33,588 nt of DNA, from positions 1 through 33,588 of IMG/VR virus record IMGVR_UViG_3300005512_000171, one strand, 5' to 3'. The position numbers and the translations under genes were made by a program. The notes beneath the pieces are model-generated. The model saw only the letters and a program-made list of their open reading frames with translations, did no database searches and was not told the DNA's origin. Positions 20,201-26,036 of the stretch are shown here, one piece after another (position 1 is the stretch's first letter; the number at the start of each line of letters is the position of its first letter). The DNA comes from a virus (lineage: Duplodnaviria > Caudoviricetes).

Positions 20201-22152
20201 ACGTTATCGATGTTTTGGTATGATATTGCAAATCCTAATTCACTATCTACGGTACCGTTCCCTTGTCTGTAACTGAATACCTTGCTTCCTTGGAAACTGC
20301 TCACCGGATATGTGGCACTATCATCAAGTGCAACTCCATTCTCATCAAACGCATCAAAGAGAGGTGATTGATTTATCGTGGTCTTGTCCTGGCTGCGATT
20401 CCACGCCGTGCCATCATAGTAGAACATCTTGCCGGCGTTTGCGGTTCCCCTGCTGGCTAATACACATTCGTTAAGTTGTGGAGCACTGTCAGCAGTTTCC
20501 TGTAGAGTAATCTGTCTCACACCATTATGGACAATAAATTTTACCTCATATATTCTGTTATTTGCGAGATTATCAGTGTCTGCGGTTACAAGAACTCTTG
20601 CTCCCTCAAATAGACTTTCTCCATCGACCGAATAACCCGTGCTTCCTTCTATCGTAGAAAATACATCCGTTGTGTAATCATCAACGTAGTCAACAGAAGT
20701 CTTAGCGATAGTTCCCTGTTGGTATAATTTTATGTTGGGATGGAATTCAATGATAGGACGCTTTGCCCTTGCTGTCTCTGGTGCATCAAAGTCACTGTCT
20801 CTAAACCTGTATGCATATTCAAGCACGCTTCTATGGAACCAACGATTGTATCTGCTCCATGGGTTTAAATCATTGCTGCTTCTATTAATTGTTACGTAAT
20901 CCTTGTTCGCAGGATACAAGGTGGCATCATCAAAGGGCTGCGTGTCAAATCCCTCGTTGTCAAACAGCACCTCCGGTGTGTCAGCACTGATTGATGGTGG
21001 AATCAAATCAGCAAATCGAATTAAATTGATTGCCTTACCCACTCCCTCGACCAACCATGTATCTGTGGCATACTTCTCGCTCTCAACCTGTCCTCGGAAC
21101 TCAACCACCATGCCGTTTGACAGTTCAACACCATTAGCACTGGTGTAATAAGTCTTGCCTAAGACTTCTCTCTCAACATTTATCGCGGTGTTGCTTTCAA
21201 TGTCCGCTATTATAAATCTTCCTAGCCTGTTAGGATCGGTCGCACTCTGATAGTAGATTACGTCAGGGGCGTTAAGTGGAACTTCGAATGTGAGCGTTCC
21301 AACTTCTATGCTATTATTGGTTACACCATTGCTGTAAATCAAACTGTTTAATGAAGCAGAACTGTCAATTAATTCCCAGTCCTGAGAATCTATGTCAATG
21401 GAACTTCCGTCACTTGGCGATATTTCAACTTTGGCTCTCCATAGTTTGCCATCAAACACAGCAAGTTCACTAGGAAAGTAAGTTTTAAGAGGTTCGTAAT
21501 TTAGGCTCCCCGTATCATAGTTTGTTCTTAATACAAAAGGTTCGCCCGGTGAGTTTACTGTAAATTCATATGTCTGACCCCTGTACAGGGTAATTGTGGG
21601 ATTGTTAGTTAGTCCATCCGGTGTAAACACCCAAGTTGATTGTATACCCTGGTTAACCTTGTAAGTAGACTGCACGCTTTGTGCCTGTCCAAACACAGCC
21701 ACCGTGGGCGGCCCAGCAGGAATCCAAAAGTATTCTCTGTAATTTACAAACTTATCCCAATCAATGGGAGGATTCCAACTGTAGTGTTCTTGAAATGTGG
21801 TTTTGTCATCTCTCTCGTTTGAATTACCAAAGAAAGTTTCAATATTTTTTAAATCCAGATAATCATAGAACTTGGTTACTACCTGATTGTTTTCAACCGT
21901 GACACCTGGTTCCAATTGGTACCTGCTTCGCAAAGTATTGTCTGTATCTAAATAGACATTATTTCCGTTGTATGTCTTGCCGAATCTCCTACCCACGTAG
22001 CCTGACAGTTTATCTAGTGCACCTGGCTGTATAAGAGGATCAACAACTCCAGATAGGAATTTGTCATTGGCGTCAGTTCTAAAAGTTTGTGGAAGTAGTT
22101 CGGAACTCTTCCTAATTGGTAACTGACTATTCGGGTAAACTTTATCTGCCAT
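8215..22152 (-). CDS. Giant multidomain baseplate wedge / virion adhesin-like protein (4645 aa; occupies the gp7 position)
   Basis: Uninterrupted 13.9-kb ORF whose ATG overlaps the gp6 stop (TAATG). Contains FG-GAP-like propeller blades, six CBM5/12-like modules, GSGYTSxP repeats typical of T4-like structural proteins, and C-terminal Ig-like DGxTxxFxL...VxxNG...DY repeats. Confidence 0.75.
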   Translation of the reverse strand: MADKVYPNSQLPIRKSSELLPQTFRTDANDKFLSGVVDPLIQPGALDKLSGYVGRRFGKTYNGNNVYLDTDNTLRSRYQLEPGVTVENNQVVTKFYDYLDLKNIETFFGNSNERDDKTTFQEHYSWNPPIDWDKFVNYREYFWIPAGPPTVAVFGQAQSVQSTYKVNQGIQSTWVFTPDGLTNNPTITLYRGQTYEFTVNSPGEPFVLRTNYDTGSLNYEPLKTYFPSELAVFDGKLWRAKVEISPSDGSSIDIDSQDWELIDSSASLNSLIYSNGVTNNSIEVGTLTFEVPLNAPDVIYYQSATDPNRLGRFIIADIESNTAINVEREVLGKTYYTSANGVELSNGMVVEFRGQVESEKYATDTWLVEGVGKAINLIRFADLIPPSISADTPEVLFDNEGFDTQPFDDATLYPANKDYVTINRSSNDLNPWSRYNRWFHRSVLEYAYRFRDSDFDAPETARAKRPIIEFHPNIKLYQQGTIAKTSVDYVDDYTTDVFSTIEGSTGYSVDGESLFEGARVLVTADTDNLANNRIYEVKFIVHNGVRQITLQETADSAPQLNECVLASRGTANAGKMFYYDGTAWNRSQDKTTINQSPLFDAFDENGVALDDSATYPVSSFQGSKVFSYRQGNGTVDSELGFAISYQNIDNVGDIVFDWNWETETFTYTINQQAFTDNINKHYYRVNDGYENGWIKTSAKYLQPIVDSVTIVDATNTVEFNTVDFTLINDTTDIIFYLNGKEFKEEYSRNDKQFTFTTEFQTKDVLTIKVVGELEPEGGYYEIPVGIEKNPLNETLSTFTLGQATDHVRTALEFDTRFQGNLPGVSNLRDISDFTVNAKRFLKHSGVAASALLMLCDKELNIVKSIQNAKKQYSLFKENFIKKAYEVDDTESIPDLVDGIFEELNKTKSPSSAFADSDMVGTGAFTKIEYTVDDPGISTFGLNETFDLETLSRRAVYVYKNGVQLLNGSDYSFNSEFAFITLTVDLAEGDTIEIREYVSTASCHIPPTPTSIGLYKKYTPMKFVDDTYREPQEVIQGHDGSITIAYGDFRDDVLLELEYRIYNNIKQEYDPSVFDIDANLGGYYGNSVFTKAEFDTVANQEFLRWVANTNLGYTTNDYFRDTETFTYTYSNMTDPDGQENLPGWWRGVYRYFYDTDRPHRCPWECLGFSEKPAWWETEYGAAPYTSGNLILWEDIRDGIIRKGDRAGTYKRYARTSIMRHLPVDEHGNLLSPLDSGLSGNFTLTNNKGSFKLGDVSPTEYAYRSSSEFPFVVTLALCLLRPFEYIIANFDRSKTKRNIAEQIVSKSTGVFIKPSEILLPITGETITSGLAFYVSSYIKSQGKSISAAQDVLSNINVRLTSRLSGFVDKTQQKYLLDSKSPAAASSSIFIPEENYNIFFNVSAPIQTVSYSGIIFEKTEGGWIVNGYDDVNPYFEIYEAVPNQKDPTISVGGVSSTFVDWTSNQLYNNGAIVQYRNMFYRAKLTHTSADAFENDNWTKLPELPIIGAATAQRRRNFNRFRTTKISYGTTFNGVQDVVDFLLGYEEYLKSQGFIFENYSTDNQAMQDFTTAAKEFMFWTRNEWAIGSLLAVSPGAEQIKVTVPVGVVDNLLDSFYDYNVLTDTGEPMDVNNFDVNREFQTFTFRINDTTRGLFYLKLNYVLKEHVAIFNDRTVFNDVIFDKPTGYRQERIKVQGFRTVDWDGDYTSPGFLFDNVNIDGWQPFNDYKLGDIINYQGVNYTSKRNHTSDEEFNANNWTVLDSTPTKRLIPNYDFRINQMEDYFDVDTEGLSQSQRDLARHTIGYQTRNYLQNLAEDSVTQFRLYQGFIREKGTNNSFTKIFNKLGRTDGSGVTLKEEWAFKVGTLGGIDQSKVVEIKLDTDNFVLNPQPVIVTDFENIETVDRYYRISQSDFNFAPIPYTTNINPVTSEKQYLRTAGYVKVDQTKYIVKNRDDILNINIDEVENNDHIWVTFDKQSWTVLRINFVNELPITNIITEKNTVTLTFGKRHNLSVDDIIGLKTFGDVDGFHKIKSVTNFTVSFDTETPPTDLDFEPSSLNYPILLTNARFGNYDNLDVEATALLDNKSKLFIDNNGNNRWEVVEKNKIYSAKKIEAFGSTTPKHTGKKVLYSQQLQQTIASISGSGLVVVYVETSTGLAVKQIIEPLAGFSTAVSNTFGEELAITSDHEWLIVGSPGASGVTTNYQGIFSTYKTYAPNDIVLYEGNLWKAKNSILGDGSTINVYTEDWEQVYNIEAFESGTNEGYPNQGMISIYRFNAQQWNYIGSFVSPRPDGDKFFGSKISIAKTATGYTMAVSAPGLDDTKGRVYLYNYTDAAGWELIQNSNYRGIYQPGGNLSVTEILAGRTYTIDTIGTTDFESIGALSNTLGQTFVATQRGEGTGTVTQSSFYPKGSIVFYNGNLWEALADNEGDGSTITIESNDWIKLDEINTNVSLPTSVSIEDDGSTLASGILSSDQLAELVKEGDKFGSSLVFNNDASILIIGAVQADGQYFANYRGNWQPNYEYSENDVVKYQGGYHRLENLGVTAVGPDSTIRSFNQPPDEGYPWVNVGDSSSESVGKVFVYTKNDNGFYSLKQTITAESLSEISDLSETEIISTGDLFGYALDVDHSGNTLIVTSPKADKNLQNQGSAYIFKYENDSSQQRYRLKQKIESYGLYPNEYFGQSACITSNSSKIVIGANNTGYNLPIRFDASSTSFDEKNTSFSTYGGYSGAVYVFNLKGSRYLLTEKLEDDLSTNESFGYSVYCSDDVIVVGSPNYIEPTIHGPTLDFTGEVTGMVRLFRKDSNIESLKVIGNEPDRVDLSRIKRIALYNEIGDSKIQDLEVVDPAKLKILSAAEKEIEYKTLYDPATYNVGTDSVVVDDTVAWFDKNVGKLWWDISVVKWIDYEQGDTAYRLANWGSQAEGSEIAVYEWVESKLLPSEWSVLADTAEGLQLGVSGQPLYSDDTVYSVKEFLNVNTGLVTETKYYYWVRNKVTVPENKIGRIISAAEVGALINNPATIGNTYIALAASDKIFFYNYKTIVGDSVSILNLEYYTSSMNNNASHNEFLLLTENDENSVPNTRLEKKWIDSLVGYDLQGNRVPDPLLPEKQKYGVGFRPRQSMFANRKQILGQTIEYINGILLKTAFANTINFENLNLVDPQPASELYLYDVKVDSIIDLENVGTVRVKQAVLSANIVDNEITSINIVDPGFGYKPQQLFDTEAPGIYPGPAVTIQGDGIGAEAVTHIDNQGRIVEVAVISGGRNYTSANPAVRQFSVLVESDNTANNYWSIYAWDDVRKTFYRSASQAFDTTKYWSYVDWWKSGYGTTSRISKEILDVSVEPSITIAVGDLIRIKEYGSGGWAVFEKINDTSDLPLGNYELVGRQNGTIKLSENLYNISVSGVGFDNIINFDTGLYDLEPTAELRNVLKAVKDNIFQGDYKIEWNRLFFNSVRYVMHEQTYVDWLFKSSFLKAIHNVGNLKVIPNYSNDNLESFQNYIEEVKPYRTTIREYVSRYNQLEGNGVSTNDFDLPAVYSATAGKIIAVDENNPLMSQQPWKTWFDNKGYSITEIIVSNQGSGYTSPPRVVIEGNGTGASAQAFVSSGKVTGVRILNKGSGYTSIPQVSLVGGNGASSDIAKAVAYLGEGNSRSFKLKVKFDRINKEGLLSNFTDSQTFTATGTTAVFDLRYAPTVDKTKISITKNNQTVLGSDFSVSVFTKIIDGYSLIQGRIIFNVAPELGDIIKIDYSKNDELLDSVNRINKYYSPTEGMKGKELDQLMTGIDYGGVQIQGTTFDVTGGWDALPWFTDSWDSVESSADYYVVADGSTNEVTLPYIPADGQEINIYLKRAGEGTLPTIDDLQVSESIKNPPVIRIDDPYFNSGADSSLITNKNAVMPTFIGDGSTNVIEIGSYIRTADGDILIFRPVESDGAVTITDPNIVDTNISGGSLSAIDGAYSTATGLTVEEIKITGGRFIGPEQVPSPEENIPGQVLDNLSIKVFQTTSGGAAPLESNVTISDGSTSVYDIGQKIIEDKSVLVYIDGIKQVLDTDYTVSDNTIEFVSTPAPDKKIEIISIGIGGVGLLDYQEFIADGDTGLFLTDAPYNLTTSIFVTIDGVEKDAVFSDSTDTVDTEGRTLVQFGTVPVAGSVIKIVVFQSNSDVDSGQLGLVRINRQTTTLGTSRTIDLDNFVNLSRESSISSMVVEINGVKLKGVDTIYSVYDGLTNTFTLGQDPLEASGAILSANIKVFVNGEQKTFIQDYVYDGTTKVLTIETSILSIGDVIKIENDLRSEYSVSNNRLVIANGVSFTSGDILDVTWFSEYPSMEIYSDRTTGGKVNYELPYAPLGVSYVWVYKNGVRLTQDKDYNISLPRGVIYLNIETSDADVITITTFGTNTYKMPSSYEISKDMLNVYRYNRYSTSKQIYLSKVLNYFDETIELSDASNLFNPVRNRNIPGIIEINGERIEYMKKTNNVLSQLRRGVNGTAIKETHAQDSLVADVSPNENIPYSDTQERIDFVSDGSSALIGPLDFVPSKSNFGSWTASTIPADYGRCDTIEIFVGGKRLRKTPLTVYDEALGPVSPGADKEIDAEFAVDGVNPYIRLTEVPTAGTRITVIKRTGTTWYDKGTTTATTGVTLLENSTPISKFIAARTTSLPE

Positions 22153-25100
22153 TATGTATCACTCACTACAGAACCTGTTCCAGATCTAATTTCAGCAGCG
22201 GTAATACTAGAAACTATTTTTACATCATCAACCGTGGCACCGCTTACAAATATTTCGTCTGGTTTGCTTTGTATTTCAAATAGGCTACCAAAGGATTGAT
22301 CCGAGGATCTTGGTAGAATTACAAAATTTGTTACATCTGGAGATACTGAATTAATAACGTATGTTGTAAGTTCGCTAAGATAAAATCTATCTCCGAAATC
22401 CCAATTGCTTATCGTAAAGAATTGATTAATTGCATTTATAATCCTAACCTTTAAATTATTATCATTGATAGCCTTTCCTGGATTTTTTACTACCTTGAAT
22501 TCTGCCTGCAACTTCGTTGCTGCTTTGCTACCAAACAATACCTTATATTTTACTGGATGATAGATAATCTCATCACTGATTGTTTTAATCTGGCTTAGGT
22601 TACCACCAAATTCAACCCTTAGGCTGTCAGTTGTAGGAGCAACAGGTTCTGTGGCAGCACCTGCAAGATAATTTCTATAAGCGGTATCATAGTTTTTTGT
22701 AAGCAAGAATAAGTCAACTATGTTTGTAACGCTTGGGTCTATTCTTCTGTTCTCGCTTGCCGAATGCGTGTACTGAAACTTCAAGTTTCTTCTTCCAATG
22801 TATGCAACATAAGAACTATCAAGTTCAAAAGTATTTGTTGTTCTATTTACTTTTTTTACCCTATTTTCAGCAACATCGCTAAAATAAATTAACTGTCCGT
22901 CGTCATAATCGTTTACATTTACTAATGCTTCTCTAGTGCCAATTAGTATTGTATTGTTTGAATTATCAAATAAGTTCAAAATATCACTGCCATACTCATC
23001 TGTGCTTCTTACAAAGAATAAGTAATTTGCTTCAACATCAGCACCAGCAACTTGTATGAATGCATCAGGATCATCAACAACACCATCACCATCACTATCA
23101 CTAAAACTAAGTTTTATTTCTTTGTTGCTTTCATAACCATCATCAAATTCGATTGTGTCAGTGATTTCAAATTTATAATCTCTTCCTAATGCAGAAGAAC
23201 TGCTTGTTTGACTGTTGATGCCTAAAACATTTACCATGTCCTTGGCTAATAAGCCTGTCAAATTGTTATAGGCTCTTTCATTCTTGTCAAAGTAAAATCT
23301 ATTCTGTTCCACGCTGCCAAACACATAGTTCAGCGTCCTAATCCTAACCACGTATTGGTCGTTGTCCTTGACGAATGCGAACAGCCAGGAAGCATCAAGA
23401 TTTTCATTCGTGGTATCTCCAGCCTTACCAAGGCTAAAATTGTTAACCAAATCAAGATTTTGATTTTGTATTATTTTCCATGATGTATCTGCTGTGTTAT
23501 ACCTTAATCCAAAGTTTAAATTTGCGAACATTAAATTTGTTATTTCTGTTTCCAAGTCGGTGTTTAAATCGTTGACAAATTTCGGAACAATGTTTCTAGC
23601 AATAGAGCCTGTTGGCACGTTTTCATTAAACGTAATCGGTCCAAGACCATTTGCAAGAGTACCTCTGTCAGCATTAGTGCCGTCTCCAACAACACTTACA
23701 ACTTTGGTCCATATATAATTTGTTTGTTCAACATCGGTTGGATCTGTGGCTACTAATTCACCTTTTTTGAAACTGAATCCTGTTGGTGGAACAAATTTTA
23801 TTGTTGAACCCACAGTTAAGAATTTTAAACTGCTAGTTGAATATGTTCCTACTTTCAATAGACTGTTATCAATAGTATTAGTAAAGTAACCAGTGCCACT
23901 GTTCAAATCATTCGTCACTCCATTCCAAACTGTGGTTTGTTCACTGAACGTTACCCTTTCGTATTTTGTTAGGTAAAAATTATATAAATCCTTGTCAGCA
24001 AATGCACCCTCTATGTTTTGCCTTAGGAAGTTGATGATTTCAGTCTTGGTTGTGAATTTTAGGAACAGGCTCCTCTCAGAATCCTGCTTGTAGATATAGC
24101 CATCATCCGCAAACACATTTACCGCGCTGTACTTGCCGCTCGCATCTATGATGTCATAATTTCTGCTGATGCCGCTTGATGTTCTATTAACTGCTTTAAT
24201 TTTTAAAATATTTTGTGAACTTGCTAATGGTGCTAGGTTATAGTCCTCGCCCGTAACCATTCTGTTCTGTGTATAATAAAGAGCAGGGGCATTCTGTCTA
24301 ATACTATCTATACTTTCGGTTGCTGCTGCATTGTTAACGGTATACTGCAAACCTAAATTTATAGTTAAAGTATGTGCGATACCTGATTTGTTTCTGTAAT
24401 TAATATCAATAGATATACCACGCATGTCTGTTGGAGCAATTGAGTATTCCAGTCCATTGCTTACCCTGTAGTAAACCCTAAATGCTCCCTGTGGAAGATT
24501 TCCGTAGGTACCGTCTGCAAAAATTAAGTTTACCCTATCATTTGGTTGAGTTGACACGGAGTAGATGTTCTTGATGTTTCCCACGATGCTGTTGTAGGCA
24601 ATGTTGTTTCCTGTTAGAGTGTCTACTCTAGTCCACTCACGTGCCTGTCCACCGGCGGAATTTAAACCAAAAAGCCAAACATCATCATTGTTGATGTTGT
24701 TGCTTTCCACCGCAATGGTTTCATTCGTGGTTGGTGTTGCTATGTTGAAGTCCGCGAATTCCAAACTGCCTTGCTTGAACTGCAGGAAGAAGCCGGTGTT
24801 GGCACTGCCTGGTCCCTTGCCGTCCTGCCTGTATACGAATCCTAATTGATTTCCTGGTGTTGGTGCTTCCTCGTAGATTGTTTCCGAATCCTTGAATGCC
24901 GTGCTTACCAATTCGAACGCCATGTTCCTACCAGCAACTGATTTTGTGAATGTGAACAGTGGCACGTCCGTTGATGTAGTTCTAAATCTGTACTGCTCCG
25001 TTGGTATGCCTTGTATGGTATCTGTTCCTTGGCTTCTACCAAATTCAGTGTTGTCTCCCATTGCTGCATTAAGCACCAATACAAACTGTTCTGCCCAGTT

Positions 25101-25550
25101 TGTGTTAGTGGGATCATTCCACTTCACAGTCTGCTGTGCGAGATTCCTGCCATTGCTGTCTATAATCTGTTCGGTTGTGTTGATTGAATTAAATTTGAGC
25201 AGTCCGCTGCTACCAATGTTTCGCTTGGCATTGTATGACAGCATGCGGGCAATTCTTAGAACGCTTTCCTTGCGCTCTGCTAACTCTAAAAAATTTTCTC
25301 TACTGGCTAAATCAAGCCTAAAACTTAGGCTCTGTCCAAGGAATGCAACTGCATCAACCAGCGCCATGTATTCAGAACTCTCAATGTAATCGTTGAAATC
25401 TTCGGGATAGTTTTCTCTAAGATAGGTAATTATCACCCTGCGGATGTTTTCAAAATCATAGGACTTGAAATCCGCATTTCTAAAGGTTTGATAGATGCGT
25501 GTCCAGTCCTGATTTAGTATTAAATTGTTCTGTCTTGACGTTGTGCTCAT
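22152..25550 (-). CDS. gp6: Baseplate wedge subunit, T4 gp6-like (1132 aa)
   Basis: N-terminal YDFENIRR...YLR...DFNDYIESS...ENFLELAERKESVLRIARMLSY and ESIDSIRQNAP...QNRMVTGEDY are characteristic gp6/baseplate J motifs; follows gp25. Confidence 0.88.
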   Translation of the reverse strand: MSTTSRQNNLILNQDWTRIYQTFRNADFKSYDFENIRRVIITYLRENYPEDFNDYIESSEYMALVDAVAFLGQSLSFRLDLASRENFLELAERKESVLRIARMLSYNAKRNIGSSGLLKFNSINTTEQIIDSNGRNLAQQTVKWNDPTNTNWAEQFVLVLNAAMGDNTEFGRSQGTDTIQGIPTEQYRFRTTSTDVPLFTFTKSVAGRNMAFELVSTAFKDSETIYEEAPTPGNQLGFVYRQDGKGPGSANTGFFLQFKQGSLEFADFNIATPTTNETIAVESNNINNDDVWLFGLNSAGGQAREWTRVDTLTGNNIAYNSIVGNIKNIYSVSTQPNDRVNLIFADGTYGNLPQGAFRVYYRVSNGLEYSIAPTDMRGISIDINYRNKSGIAHTLTINLGLQYTVNNAAATESIDSIRQNAPALYYTQNRMVTGEDYNLAPLASSQNILKIKAVNRTSSGISRNYDIIDASGKYSAVNVFADDGYIYKQDSERSLFLKFTTKTEIINFLRQNIEGAFADKDLYNFYLTKYERVTFSEQTTVWNGVTNDLNSGTGYFTNTIDNSLLKVGTYSTSSLKFLTVGSTIKFVPPTGFSFKKGELVATDPTDVEQTNYIWTKVVSVVGDGTNADRGTLANGLGPITFNENVPTGSIARNIVPKFVNDLNTDLETEITNLMFANLNFGLRYNTADTSWKIIQNQNLDLVNNFSLGKAGDTTNENLDASWLFAFVKDNDQYVVRIRTLNYVFGSVEQNRFYFDKNERAYNNLTGLLAKDMVNVLGINSQTSSSSALGRDYKFEITDTIEFDDGYESNKEIKLSFSDSDGDGVVDDPDAFIQVAGADVEANYLFFVRSTDEYGSDILNLFDNSNNTILIGTREALVNVNDYDDGQLIYFSDVAENRVKKVNRTTNTFELDSSYVAYIGRRNLKFQYTHSASENRRIDPSVTNIVDLFLLTKNYDTAYRNYLAGAATEPVAPTTDSLRVEFGGNLSQIKTISDEIIYHPVKYKVLFGSKAATKLQAEFKVVKNPGKAINDNNLKVRIINAINQFFTISNWDFGDRFYLSELTTYVINSVSPDVTNFVILPRSSDQSFGSLFEIQSKPDEIFVSGATVDDVKIVSSITAAEIRSGTGSVVSDT

Positions 25551-25570
25551 TAATAAATGTCCTATTGCAA

Positions 25571-25577
25571 TATTTAG
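25571..25577 (-). promoter_or_regulatory. Late promoter-like motif (CTAAATA)
   Basis: Plus-strand tatttag in the 44-bp gp25-gp6 gap, followed by TAGGA and the gp6 ATG. Confidence 0.45.
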
Positions 25578-25594
25578 CCCTTGTAATTAAGTGC

Positions 25595-26032
25595 TTAGTT
25601 TATAACGGAGTTATTTCTGTCAAAGTTAAACGTCATGTTTTCACTTACATTAAAAGGCACATACACCACTTCCGCTTCTATTCGCATGCCTTGTTCTGTG
25701 CTATCAACGCTTACGTTCTGCACGACTACCCTAGGATCATAGTTTATTATGGTTTCCACGTCCTTGGCTATCATGTTCTTAACTTCTTCGGTAAATTGTT
25801 CAAATATCATGTCCCATATAATGGTTCCAAAGGAAGGATTCTCCAACTTTTCTCCCTTTCTGATGTAGAAATGATTAATTATGTCCTGCTTTACCAGGTC
25901 AATATCGTATAACTTAAATCCATTTGACTTATTTTTTGAATTAAATCCTCTATAGGTAAATGTATTTGAACCTTCCGCTCCCACGCTTGCTTGATTAACT
26001 GCCACTGCCTTTTGATTGTATATCTTCTTCAT
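25595..26032 (-). CDS. gp25: Baseplate wedge subunit, gp25-like
   Basis: 145 aa with LYDIDLVKQDIINHFYIRKGEKLENPSFGTIIWDMIFE...INYDPRV, the GPW/gp25 signature; lies between gp5-like and gp6-like genes. Confidence 0.9.
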   Translation of the reverse strand: MKKIYNQKAVAVNQASVGAEGSNTFTYRGFNSKNKSNGFKLYDIDLVKQDIINHFYIRKGEKLENPSFGTIIWDMIFEQFTEEVKNMIAKDVETIINYDPRVVVQNVSVDSTEQGMRIEAEVVYVPFNVSENMTFNFDRNNSVIN

Positions 26033-26036
26033 AGTC

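Noticed and set aside
8215-22152. Genome-wide reassignment of TAG to a sense codon (genetic code 15), suggested by the amber-linked fibre genes
   Set aside because: The 4645-codon ORF and the other long late genes contain no internal in-frame TAG, coding density is near complete under code 11, and TAG stops at 750, 26037 and 30350 are followed by out-of-frame genes.
8215-22152. Intein or homing endonuclease explaining the size of the giant ORF
   Set aside because: No intein splice-junction motifs or LAGLIDADG/HNH/GIY-YIG motifs were recognised; the length is explained by structural repeat domains.
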